From Alphaproteobacteria bacterium (GTDB lineage Bacteria > Pseudomonadota > Alphaproteobacteria > DSM-16000 > Inquilinaceae), in NCBI GenBank assembly GCA_028281265.1, contig JANQKE010000089.1:2249-66248 (forward strand): 64,000 nucleotides of DNA, given 5' to 3'. This document shows, piece by piece, positions 13,641 to 21,057 of this stretch. Within the stretch, counting starts at the first letter, position 1, and each line of letters begins with the position of its first letter. A model generated the notes under the pieces. That model was not told the origin of the DNA. It searched no databases and saw only the letters and a program-made list of their open reading frames with translations. Made by a program: the position numbers and the translations under genes.

Positions 13641-13908
13641 AGCGTTTTCAGGGAATACCGGATCGATCTGTTGGCGTGTGCCGGATCGATCCGTGGAGGC
13701 GCGTAGCACGGCGCGATGCGGTGCATCGGGCAAGCGGCGCACCGCAGCGGTCGGCCGGCACACGCCAACCCGAAGGGCCGGACGGATGGGCCCTGCTGCG
13801 GCGTCGCTCGTCGTCGAATATGCCCCGGCATGTCCTTCCTCCTCGCTCCTGGCATCAGGGCCCATCCACCTCGGCAGATCGGCTCGGAAATCCCTGAAAC
13901 CGCTCTAG
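13638..13908 (+). mobile_element. MITE-like element family A, copy 1 (271 bp)
   Basis: Near-identical to 37471..37742. Left end (T)TAGAGCGTTTTCAGGGAATACCGG; right end GGAAATCCCTGAAACCGCTCTAG (a degenerate inverted copy). Flanking sequences are unrelated between copies. There is no transposase. Confidence 0.8.
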
Positions 13909-14559
13909 CCGGTAGGGATAGCGACGCCGCGCCGTGCTTGGCAACCGATGGCCGTCTCGCGGGCTGGCGGGGCTGGGGCACACTGTTCCGGAAACGGTGC
14001 GGAGCGCCCCGATTTCTTGGAACCGATCACCTTTCCGTGTTTTGAGGGAGCTCCTCAGAACACGGGATGGTCTGGATGTGGCCTTTCAAGACGGTGTCGC
14101 CCACCGCGACGGCCCGGGCGGGCGGGTCTGACGTTTCATTATGTGGCTCAGGAGCGTGTGAAATCGATCAACGGTCAACGAAGGTCAAGCATCGGTGGAC
14201 CGAACGAGTTAAGGAGGGCAGCCTTCCAGATCGCCGATCGCGGCTCTTGCGCGAGCTCGGCGATCTCCCGCCCGTCATCAACGCCGAAGCCGGGATATAG
14301 CCGCGGACGCATCGCTCCGGTTGCTAAGTCCACCCCCGGGCACACCGGACTGCTGTAGAAGCGCAGTGCCTCTCCACCGGTGTTGCTTGCTCAACCAGCA
14401 GCCCGCCGGCTAACCTCGTCAGGATCGAGCCGGACCTTCCACACCGTCATGGCCTCCCGTGTTCCGAACGATCCGAGGATGGGCATAGGCCATCCGCGCG
14501 ACTCTTGATGGGCCGAGATCGGGCCGCGCATGGCCTCAGGCAAGAAGCAGGACAGGGCG

Positions 14560-15900
14560 ATGACGGACCGGGTGGCCATCGGCGCGACGCTTGCGAAGAT
14601 CGTCGCGGACACCTGGCGCAGGCTCGACGCCGGTGTGCCGGCGGAGGCTGAGCGCGCGGCGCGGCGTCTCCTTCTCGACTGTGCGGCGTGCGCGGCTGCG
14701 GGCTTCACCGAAACGGAAGTGGACGGGCTTGCGCGCGCCCTCGCGGCGGGAACCGGTGCGACGAGGGGGCCGCTCGGCGCACCCGTTGCGCTCCCAGCGC
14801 GCGATGCGGCCTTGGTGGCGGGCGCGGCCGTCTGCCGGGACGAGGCGTGCGAGGGGCTCGCGCGCGCTCACGGTCGGCCGGGTATCCATGCCTACGCTGC
14901 GCTGGTGGGGGCGCTCTGCCGGGCCGACGCGCCTCTTGGTGCGGTGATCGAGGCGTTCGTCGCAGGCTATGAGGTCGGCGGACGGGCGGGCGCCATCCTG
15001 AGAATCCTGCCCGGCATGCACGTCGACGGCACATGGGGCGCCTTCGCCGCCTCGGCGGCGTTGTCCAGGCTTGCGGGCCTTCCGGCAGAGGCGGCGACGG
15101 AGCGCCTCGCCGCCCTCGCCTGCCAGCTCCCGGCGAGCCTCTTCGCCCCGCTCGCCCATGGCGACACGGTCCGCAACCTCTATACCGGCCACGCTGCCGC
15201 CTTTGCGCTGACGGTGGCGGACGCGCTCGCAGCCGGCTTCACCGCTCCGCTTGCCGCCCTCGAGGCGGTCGGCGACTTCACTTTCCGCGTCGATCCCACA
15301 GCCCTACCGGATGGCGCCGCGTGGCTCGTCGTGGAGGCCTATCTCAAGCCGTTCGCGGCCGTGCGGCATGCCCACTATCCGGCGGCGGCCGCGATCGCGC
15401 TGTCCCCCCAGGTCTCGGATCGGCTCGACGCCGTCGAGGAGATCACGGTGGCGACCTACACCGAAGCGCTGACCTACGCCTCGAACCGGGCGCCGCAAAC
15501 GTCGATCGCGGCCCAGTTCAGCCTGTCCTGGGCGAGCGCGCGGGCGCTCGTCTCGGGCGATCTTGGACCGGAGGCGACGCGGCCGGACGCGCTCGCGGAC
15601 CCTCTCACCCGCAGGCTGGAGGCGCGGGTCCGGCTCGTCGCCGACGAGGCGCGCTTCCCGGCCGGCCACCGCGGCGCGCGCCTGGAGATCACCACGGGCG
15701 GCGCGCTGCTCTCGGCCGAGGTGGACGGCGTCACCGGCGATCCCGGCCACGCATGGACCGACGCCGCCCTCGCGCAAAAGGCCCGGCGCTACCTTGCACC
15801 GATCGGCGATGCGGAGGCCGTCGAGCGGGTGGTCTCGGCCCTCCTGTCGGGTCCCGCGGACACCCGTGCTGCCGGTCTTCTGTGCCCGGCGCTTCGATAA
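14560..15900 (+). CDS. MmgE/PrpD family protein (2-methylcitrate dehydratase-like)
   Basis: MTDRVAIGATLAKIVADTWRRLDAGVPAEAERAARRLLLDCAACAAAGF... is typical of the PrpD family N-terminus and length. An alternative start lies at 14530. Confidence 0.85.
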   Translation: MTDRVAIGATLAKIVADTWRRLDAGVPAEAERAARRLLLDCAACAAAGFTETEVDGLARALAAGTGATRGPLGAPVALPARDAALVAGAAVCRDEACEGLARAHGRPGIHAYAALVGALCRADAPLGAVIEAFVAGYEVGGRAGAILRILPGMHVDGTWGAFAASAALSRLAGLPAEAATERLAALACQLPASLFAPLAHGDTVRNLYTGHAAAFALTVADALAAGFTAPLAALEAVGDFTFRVDPTALPDGAAWLVVEAYLKPFAAVRHAHYPAAAAIALSPQVSDRLDAVEEITVATYTEALTYASNRAPQTSIAAQFSLSWASARALVSGDLGPEATRPDALADPLTRRLEARVRLVADEARFPAGHRGARLEITTGGALLSAEVDGVTGDPGHAWTDAALAQKARRYLAPIGDAEAVERVVSALLSGPADTRAAGLLCPALR

Positions 15901-15903
15901 GGC

Positions 15904-16995
15904 TCAGGCCGCGCGCGCCGCGATCACGGTGAAGGGCAGCCGCCAGCGCCGGCCGGCTGTCGCCAAGGCGCCATCGAACTCCTCGAACGGTGCGATGGTG
16001 ACGTCGCGGAAGCCGGCGGCGGCGAGCTCCGTGGGAAGGTCCATCCGGGCGAGCGTCGCCATCCATGGCTCGTTGTTGCGCTCGCCGTGGCCGGCGTGGA
16101 TGAAGGCGAGGAACGGATCGTCCGGCGGCAGAAAGTCGAGGTTCATGAACGCCGCGCCCGGCGCGAGGAGCCGGCGCGCTTCAGCGAACACGGCCCGCAC
16201 ATGGCTTGGCGGCATCTCGTGGAGGAGCATGGTCGACGTGACGAGCCCGTAGGCGCTGGCCGCGAGCCCGGTCGCCGCGGCGTCGGCCTGGTGGAAACGC
16301 ACGTCGTCGATCCCGCCGGCGAACGCGGTCCGCGCGGCCAGGCGAAGGCACGGCGCGGAAAGGTCCACCGCGTCGATGGTTGCGTCGGGGAAGGCCTCCG
16401 CGATCGGCAGGGTGGACTTGCCGTAGCCGCAGCCGAGATCGGCGATCCGTCCCGGATCCGGTGCCGCCTCGCCGAGGAGGTCCGCAAAGCGGGTGTGGAG
16501 CGTTTGGGCCCGTCCACGCCCATCCGCGCCGGTCACTTGCCGTCCGGTGGTCCCGCGCGCGCCGTAAGCGTAGGAGAGGCCGCCGATGTCCTCGCGCCAG
16601 ACACCGCCGGGCTGCTGGTGGACGTCGACGTCGCAATAGTAGGCGGGCAGCTTCAGTTCGGGGTCGAGCCCGAGGAGGCCGTCCGGAAGATCGGGCGCGA
16701 TCTCTTCGGCATGGTCCGCCCGATGCCGCTGGAGGAACGGCACGATGCCGAGCCGACCGGTGTATTTCAGCGCCTGGAGGCGGCGCTCCAGGAAGGCGAA
16801 GGTGCGGGCGGCCGGATGGTCCGCAACGGCGTCGGCGACGGAGGCGGCGCTCGCCCCCGGGCCGATCGCCTGCCGCTCTTCGGCGGTGCGCTTCAGGTCG
16901 CCGAAGAGTTCCGTAGCCCAGATCGCCTTCGCGTCGGCAAGGAAGGCCTGGTAGGCCTCGAACTCTCGCCGATCCGCTCTGCCGTGTTCAGCCAT
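15904..16995 (-). CDS. class I SAM-dependent methyltransferase with ~170-aa N-terminal extension
   Basis: Motif I IADLGCGYGKST and a downstream LVTSTMLLHEMPP...LLAPGAAFMNLDF. 363 aa. Confidence 0.8.
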   Translation of the reverse strand: MAEHGRADRREFEAYQAFLADAKAIWATELFGDLKRTAEERQAIGPGASAASVADAVADHPAARTFAFLERRLQALKYTGRLGIVPFLQRHRADHAEEIAPDLPDGLLGLDPELKLPAYYCDVDVHQQPGGVWREDIGGLSYAYGARGTTGRQVTGADGRGRAQTLHTRFADLLGEAAPDPGRIADLGCGYGKSTLPIAEAFPDATIDAVDLSAPCLRLAARTAFAGGIDDVRFHQADAAATGLAASAYGLVTSTMLLHEMPPSHVRAVFAEARRLLAPGAAFMNLDFLPPDDPFLAFIHAGHGERNNEPWMATLARMDLPTELAAAGFRDVTIAPFEEFDGALATAGRRWRLPFTVIAARAA

Positions 16996-17293
16996 CCCGA
17001 CCTCCCGCGTCCGGCCCCCGCGAAGCCTGGCGCCCGGCGATCTCAGCGAGGAGCGAGCCGACGAACGCCTTCCGCTCCGCCGCCGATACGAGGCGTTCCG
17101 CCTCCGACGGATCGGGTGCGGCGTCGACGTCGAGGATCCCCGCTGTCGAAAGGGCGGTCTCGAGCCGCCGCACGCGGTCCCGCAAGACCCATACCTCCGC
17201 CCCGAGCGCGAGGCAAAGCCCGAGCGCCCGGTCGATGCCCGGGTGCTCGAAATAGTGCGGCTCGGCGCCCGCGACGTCCGGTTTCACGGTCAT
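16988..17293 (-). CDS. hypothetical small protein (101 aa), translationally coupled on both sides
   Basis: The ORF overlaps the tctC stop by 4 nt and the methyltransferase start by 8 nt. I recognise no family. The composition looks coding-like (EVWVLRDRVRRLETALSTAGIL). Confidence 0.5.
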   Translation of the reverse strand: MTVKPDVAGAEPHYFEHPGIDRALGLCLALGAEVWVLRDRVRRLETALSTAGILDVDAAPDPSEAERLVSAAERKAFVGSLLAEIAGRQASRGPDAGGRDG

Positions 17294-18252
17294 TGGGCGA
17301 GGCCGAGTTCCTCGAGGATCGCGCGGTTCGACTCGTTGTCCGTGGCGAGCTGGCCGGCGAAGGCGCCGGTGTCGGCGTAGCTGAACTCCACCAGGACCGT
17401 GTTCCCGTAGTCGCGGATCTGGTCGGTCTCGAGCGCGGCCTTCAGTGCCCCGCTCAACTTCTCAACCGCATCCTCGGGCGTTCCGGCCGGCACCCACATG
17501 CCGATCAGTGTCGGCAACGAGGCGTCAACGCCAGCATCGCGGAAGGTCGGCAGTTGCGGCACCACGGAGGCGCGCTCCTCGCCGAACTGGGCGAGGGCGA
17601 CGAGTTTACCCGCCTCGTCCTGCGGCAAGATCGAGGAGGCCATGCCGATCACCAGGTCGATGTCACCGGCGAGCGCGGCCGCGATGGCGGGCGTCACACC
17701 CTGGAAGGGAATGTGGAAGAGTTCGATCCCCGCAGCACGGGAGAACGCCTCGCCGTGGAGGTGGGAGAGGCCGCCCGTGCCCGCGGTCCCGAAGCTGACC
17801 ACGCCCGGGTTCTCCTGGGCGTAGGCGATCAGCTCGTCGAGCGTGGCGAAGGGGGTGCCGACGCGGGCCGCAAGGAGGTTCGGGCCGGTGGCGACACGGG
17901 CCACGGGCTGCAGGTCGTCGAAATCGTAGCCGAGGTCCCGCTGGTGCGGGCCGACGGTATGGACCGAAGCGAAGGCGAACAATGCCGTGTAGCCATCGGG
18001 ATCGGAGGTCGCGACCTCGCGCGCGCCGACGGTGCCGCCCGCCCCCGGCTTGCTCTCCACTACGATCGGCACGCCGAGTTCCTCGCTCATCACCTCCGCG
18101 ACCGTGCGTGCGAGGGTGTCGGTGGCACCCGGCGAGTAGGGCACGATGAAGGTGATCGGCCGCGAGGGATAGTGGTCTTGCGCAACCGCCGTTCCGGCCG
18201 CGATGCCGGTGACCGCCGCCGCCGCGAGGGCGACCTTGAGGATCGAGTTCAT
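17290..18252 (-). CDS. tctC: tripartite tricarboxylate transporter substrate-binding protein (Bug/TctC family)
   Basis: Signal peptide, then YPSRPITFIVPYSPGATDTLARTVAEVMSEELGVPIVVESKPGAGGTVGA, the hallmark Bug-family N-terminus. Confidence 0.9.
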   Translation of the reverse strand: MNSILKVALAAAAVTGIAAGTAVAQDHYPSRPITFIVPYSPGATDTLARTVAEVMSEELGVPIVVESKPGAGGTVGAREVATSDPDGYTALFAFASVHTVGPHQRDLGYDFDDLQPVARVATGPNLLAARVGTPFATLDELIAYAQENPGVVSFGTAGTGGLSHLHGEAFSRAAGIELFHIPFQGVTPAIAAALAGDIDLVIGMASSILPQDEAGKLVALAQFGEERASVVPQLPTFRDAGVDASLPTLIGMWVPAGTPEDAVEKLSGALKAALETDQIRDYGNTVLVEFSYADTGAFAGQLATDNESNRAILEELGLAQ

Positions 18253-18302
18253 GCTGCGTCTCCCGCTCTGGTTATTCTTGCCGGTGCCGCCGGTCCGATC
18301 GC

Positions 18303-18332
18303 ATTATCGGTCTCTCCGCGGCGAAGTGTTAA
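18303..18332 (-). promoter_or_regulatory. candidate sigma70-type promoter P1 of tctC (TTAACA-N18-GATAAT)
   Basis: Minus-strand reading: TTAACA (18332-18327), an 18-nt spacer, GATAAT (18308-18303). This sits ~50 nt upstream of the tctC ATG, which has a GGGAGA Shine-Dalgarno. The -35 lies inside the palindromic box. Confidence 0.5.
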
Positions 18333-18338
18333 CAATTC
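18323..18338. promoter_or_regulatory. palindromic box GAAGTGTTAACAATTC (candidate GntR-family operator)
   Basis: One of five related 16-mers, consensus AAAGTGT-YR-ACAMTYT. All lie in the three internal intergenic regions of the 14.5-32.4 kb cluster. Confidence 0.5.
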
Positions 18339-18407
18339 GGAGGTTGTCCCGTCTCTCGCTCTGGTTGTTTCTTGCTCGTGCTGCTCTTGTACCGCTGCTC
18401 CGACCGC

Positions 18408-18437
18408 ATTATTGGCCTCTCCGCGGAAAAGTGTCAA
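18408..18437 (-). promoter_or_regulatory. candidate duplicated promoter P2 (TTGACA-N18-AATAAT)
   Basis: Same architecture in repeat unit 2: TTGACA (18437-18432), an 18-nt spacer, AATAAT (18413-18408). Confidence 0.45.
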
Positions 18438-18443
18438 CAATTT
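18428..18443. promoter_or_regulatory. palindromic box AAAGTGTCAACAATTT (candidate operator)
   Basis: Second box, in repeat unit 2. It overlaps the stop codon of the NTF2-like gene. Confidence 0.5.
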
Positions 18444-18877
18444 GAGGGTTGCCCCGCTCCAGACCCATTCCCGGCAGCGGTCACATGAGCGACGTCGTTC
18501 CAGACGTCCTGGCGTACGATAAGCCCGTCCCGGATCTCGAAACGGTCCACGAAGCGGATGCCGGAGAAGCGGGTTCCATCACGGAATGTGCCGTTGAGCG
18601 TGCCGAAACACCACACGATGGTGGATGCGCCATCGGCAAGCACGTCGAAGCGTTCGAAAGACTTGCCGACATGGCGGTAGCGGCCCGTGGACCCGGCAAC
18701 GATCTCCTCGATCGAGGCGCGTTTCGCCCCGCCCGGGAAGGTGATGTCGACGCCTGTGGCAAGGAGAGCGCCGGCCGCCGCCACGTCGCGCCGTTCCAGA
18801 GCGGCGAGGAAGTCGCCCACGATGCGCTCGGCCTCGGCCGCCGGGTCGGATACGATCGTCGCCGTGTCGGTGCTCAT
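18434..18877 (-). CDS. NTF2/SnoaL-like fold protein
   Basis: 147 aa. The pattern IVGDFLAALERRDVAAAGALLATGVDITFPGG...FVDRFEIRDGLIVRQDVWND is typical of SnoaL-like proteins. Its start overlaps the tctA stop by 4 nt. Confidence 0.7.
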   Translation of the reverse strand: MSTDTATIVSDPAAEAERIVGDFLAALERRDVAAAGALLATGVDITFPGGAKRASIEEIVAGSTGRYRHVGKSFERFDVLADGASTIVWCFGTLNGTFRDGTRFSGIRFVDRFEIRDGLIVRQDVWNDVAHVTAAGNGSGAGQPSNC

Positions 18878-20415
18878 TCGGGGCTCCTTGCGTCCATACC
18901 GCCGGCTTCCGCCCGGCGGCGCAACGCTGCACGGGCGATCGGCACCAGGCTTGCCACAAGGACGAGGAGTGCGGCGGCGAGGAAGGCACCGCTGATCGGC
19001 CGTTCCACGAACGTGGCGAGGTCGCCCCGGGAGAACAGGAGCGCCCGGCGGAAGTGCTCCTCCATCATGGGTCCCAAGATGAAGCCCATCAACAGCGGCG
19101 CGGCGGGGTACTGATAAATCAACATGAAGTAACCGATCACGCCGAAGATGATCACAATCAAAACGTCAAACGGATTGTTATTAACACTGTAGACCCCAAC
19201 GCAGATGAAGAACAAAATACCGATGAACAAGTAGTGGTAAGGGATTGTCAGGATCCGCACCCACAGTCCGATCAGCGGGATGTTGAGGATCAGGAGAATC
19301 AGATTGCCGATCCAGAAGCTGACCACAAGCCCCCAGAACAATTGCGGCTGGGTGGAGAAGAACTCCGGTTGCGGCAGAATCCCATGGATCATCATGGCCG
19401 CGAGGAGGATGGCCATGGTGGCGTCGCCCGGGATCCCGAGCGTCAGCGTCGGAATGAAGGCGGCCTGCACGGAGGCGTTGTTGGCGGCCTCCGGTGCGGA
19501 GATGCCCTCCACCGCACCGCGCCCGAAGCGCGCCGGCGTTCGCGAGATCTTCTTCTCCAGCGCGTAGGACATGAAGGCGGCGATGCTCGGCCCCGCGCCC
19601 GGCAGAATACCGACGAACGATCCGATGGCCGAGCCGCGCAGGGCCGGCTTCCAGGCCAGGCGCATATCCTGACGGGTGGGGATCAGCGACTTGATGGTAA
19701 TGGAGCGCGGGTCGATGACGGTCGTACGCCGATTGCCGATGTTGGCGAGGATCTCGGCGACGCCGAAAAGGCCCATGGCGACGGCGATGAGGTTGAGGCC
19801 GTCGAAGAGCTCCACGATGCCGAACGTGAAGCGGTCCTGTCCGGAATTGACGTCCATTCCGACGAGGCCGAGCACCAGGCCGGCCACCACCGCGACGAGC
19901 CCCTTCAGCGGCGAGCCGATGGATAGCGCCGAGGCGGCGACGAGACCGAGCAGCATCATCGAGAAGTACTCGGCCGACGAGAAACGCAGCGCGAATTGGC
20001 CGAGCACCGGGGCAAAGCCCATGAGGAGGAGGATCGCGAGCGTGCTGCCGACGAAGGAGGTGATCGTCGTGATGAACAAGGCAACGCCCGCCCGCCCCTG
20101 GCGCGTCATCGGATAGCCGTCGAGGCATGTGACCGCGTTCGGCGCGGTGCCGGGCAGGTTGAGCAGGATGGAGGCGATCGAGCCGCCGTACTGGGATCCG
20201 TAGAAGATCCCGGCGAGCATGATGATCGCGCTCATCGGCTCGAGGTGAAACGTCACCGGCAGGATCATCGAGACGGCCGCGAGCGCGCCGATGCCCGGCA
20301 GCACACCGACGAACATGCCGATCGACACGCCGACGAAGCAGAACAGGAGCGCCTCGCCGGAGAGCGCCGCCGAAAAGCCGATGGCGAGACCTTCGAGAAG
20401 GTTCATCCCCCTCAA
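18874..20415 (-). CDS. tctA: tripartite tricarboxylate transporter large permease
   Basis: 513 aa polytopic protein. MNLLEGLAIGFSAALSGEALLFCFVGVSIGMFVGVLPGIG is a characteristic TctA N-terminus. Confidence 0.9.
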   Translation of the reverse strand: MRGMNLLEGLAIGFSAALSGEALLFCFVGVSIGMFVGVLPGIGALAAVSMILPVTFHLEPMSAIIMLAGIFYGSQYGGSIASILLNLPGTAPNAVTCLDGYPMTRQGRAGVALFITTITSFVGSTLAILLLMGFAPVLGQFALRFSSAEYFSMMLLGLVAASALSIGSPLKGLVAVVAGLVLGLVGMDVNSGQDRFTFGIVELFDGLNLIAVAMGLFGVAEILANIGNRRTTVIDPRSITIKSLIPTRQDMRLAWKPALRGSAIGSFVGILPGAGPSIAAFMSYALEKKISRTPARFGRGAVEGISAPEAANNASVQAAFIPTLTLGIPGDATMAILLAAMMIHGILPQPEFFSTQPQLFWGLVVSFWIGNLILLILNIPLIGLWVRILTIPYHYLFIGILFFICVGVYSVNNNPFDVLIVIIFGVIGYFMLIYQYPAAPLLMGFILGPMMEEHFRRALLFSRGDLATFVERPISGAFLAAALLVLVASLVPIARAALRRRAEAGGMDARSPE

Positions 20416-20870
20416 CCTCCGAACGCGGTCAGCGGGATGGCAAGGCCCCGCACGAAGACGAGCCAGCCGAAGCCGGACAGCGCCGCCGCGATCGCGAGGA
20501 TCCTCAGTGGCCTTGCGGGCGGGTGGGCAAACGCCGCGAGGATCACCAGCACGAAGGTCGCCGGAACCAGACCGAACGGCTCCACGAGGAGCCCCCAGGC
20601 GCCGAGCCCTGCCATGACGAAAAGGAACGGAGCGAAAGCAGGCAGGACGGTACGGTTCCGCCCGCGCAGGGCCTCCATGACGAGGCCGATCGACAGGACC
20701 AGGAGAAGCGTTCCGAGCGCGATCGGAAAGTAAGCCGGACCGATCCTGACGATGGTGCCGAGCCCGTAGGTCCGTCCCTCGAGGATGACGTAGACGCCGA
20801 TGGCGCCGAGGATGAGGGCGACCGCGATCTCGCCGGCGTCCGGGCGTGTGGCGGGGGCTTCCTCACTCAC
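20412..20870 (-). CDS. tctB: tripartite tricarboxylate transporter small permease (TctB family)
   Basis: GTG at 20870 gives a ~152-aa protein with four hydrophobic segments whose stop overlaps the tctA start. The longer ORF to 21032 adds a non-membrane Arg/Cys-rich leader that is unlikely to be real. Confidence 0.75.
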   Translation of the reverse strand: MSEEAPATRPDAGEIAVALILGAIGVYVILEGRTYGLGTIVRIGPAYFPIALGTLLLVLSIGLVMEALRGRNRTVLPAFAPFLFVMAGLGAWGLLVEPFGLVPATFVLVILAAFAHPPARPLRILAIAAALSGFGWLVFVRGLAIPLTAFGG

Positions 20871-21057
20871 CGTCGGACCTCGCTCTCGTCGGTCCCCGCA
20901 CCGTTCGGCGGTGGCTTGCGTGGGTGTTCGGCCGATCGGGCCGCAAGCCGCCGAGAGCGGGCGTGGGTCAACCTCCGTGACGCTTCGGGCAACGCCCCGA
21001 AAGAGGCAAGCCGACACCCCTGCCGTCGCCATGACCTGCCGAGCGGATGCGTCGCCG

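Larger units (their letters stand above)
18259..18456 (-). repeat. tandem duplication (~93 + ~105 bp) of the tctC promoter/operator/5'UTR module
   Basis: Unit 1 is 18259-18351 and unit 2 is 18352-18456. They align along their length (TCTCYCGCTCTGGTT...CGAYCGCATTATYGGYCTCTCCGCGG.RAAGTGTYAACAATTYGAGG) apart from one ~10-nt indel. Confidence 0.8.

Noticed and set aside
13909-14530. tRNA gene, integrase or att site marking a genomic island border
   Set aside because: No cloverleaf-like sequence or T-loop (GTTCRANYC) motif was seen, and no integrase-like ORF or direct repeat matches the other end of the cluster.
18259-18456. Possible CRISPR array or other repeat-spacer structure
   Set aside because: There are only two directly abutting units of ~100 bp, with no spacers and no cas genes. 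The content looks like a duplicated promoter and 5'UTR.
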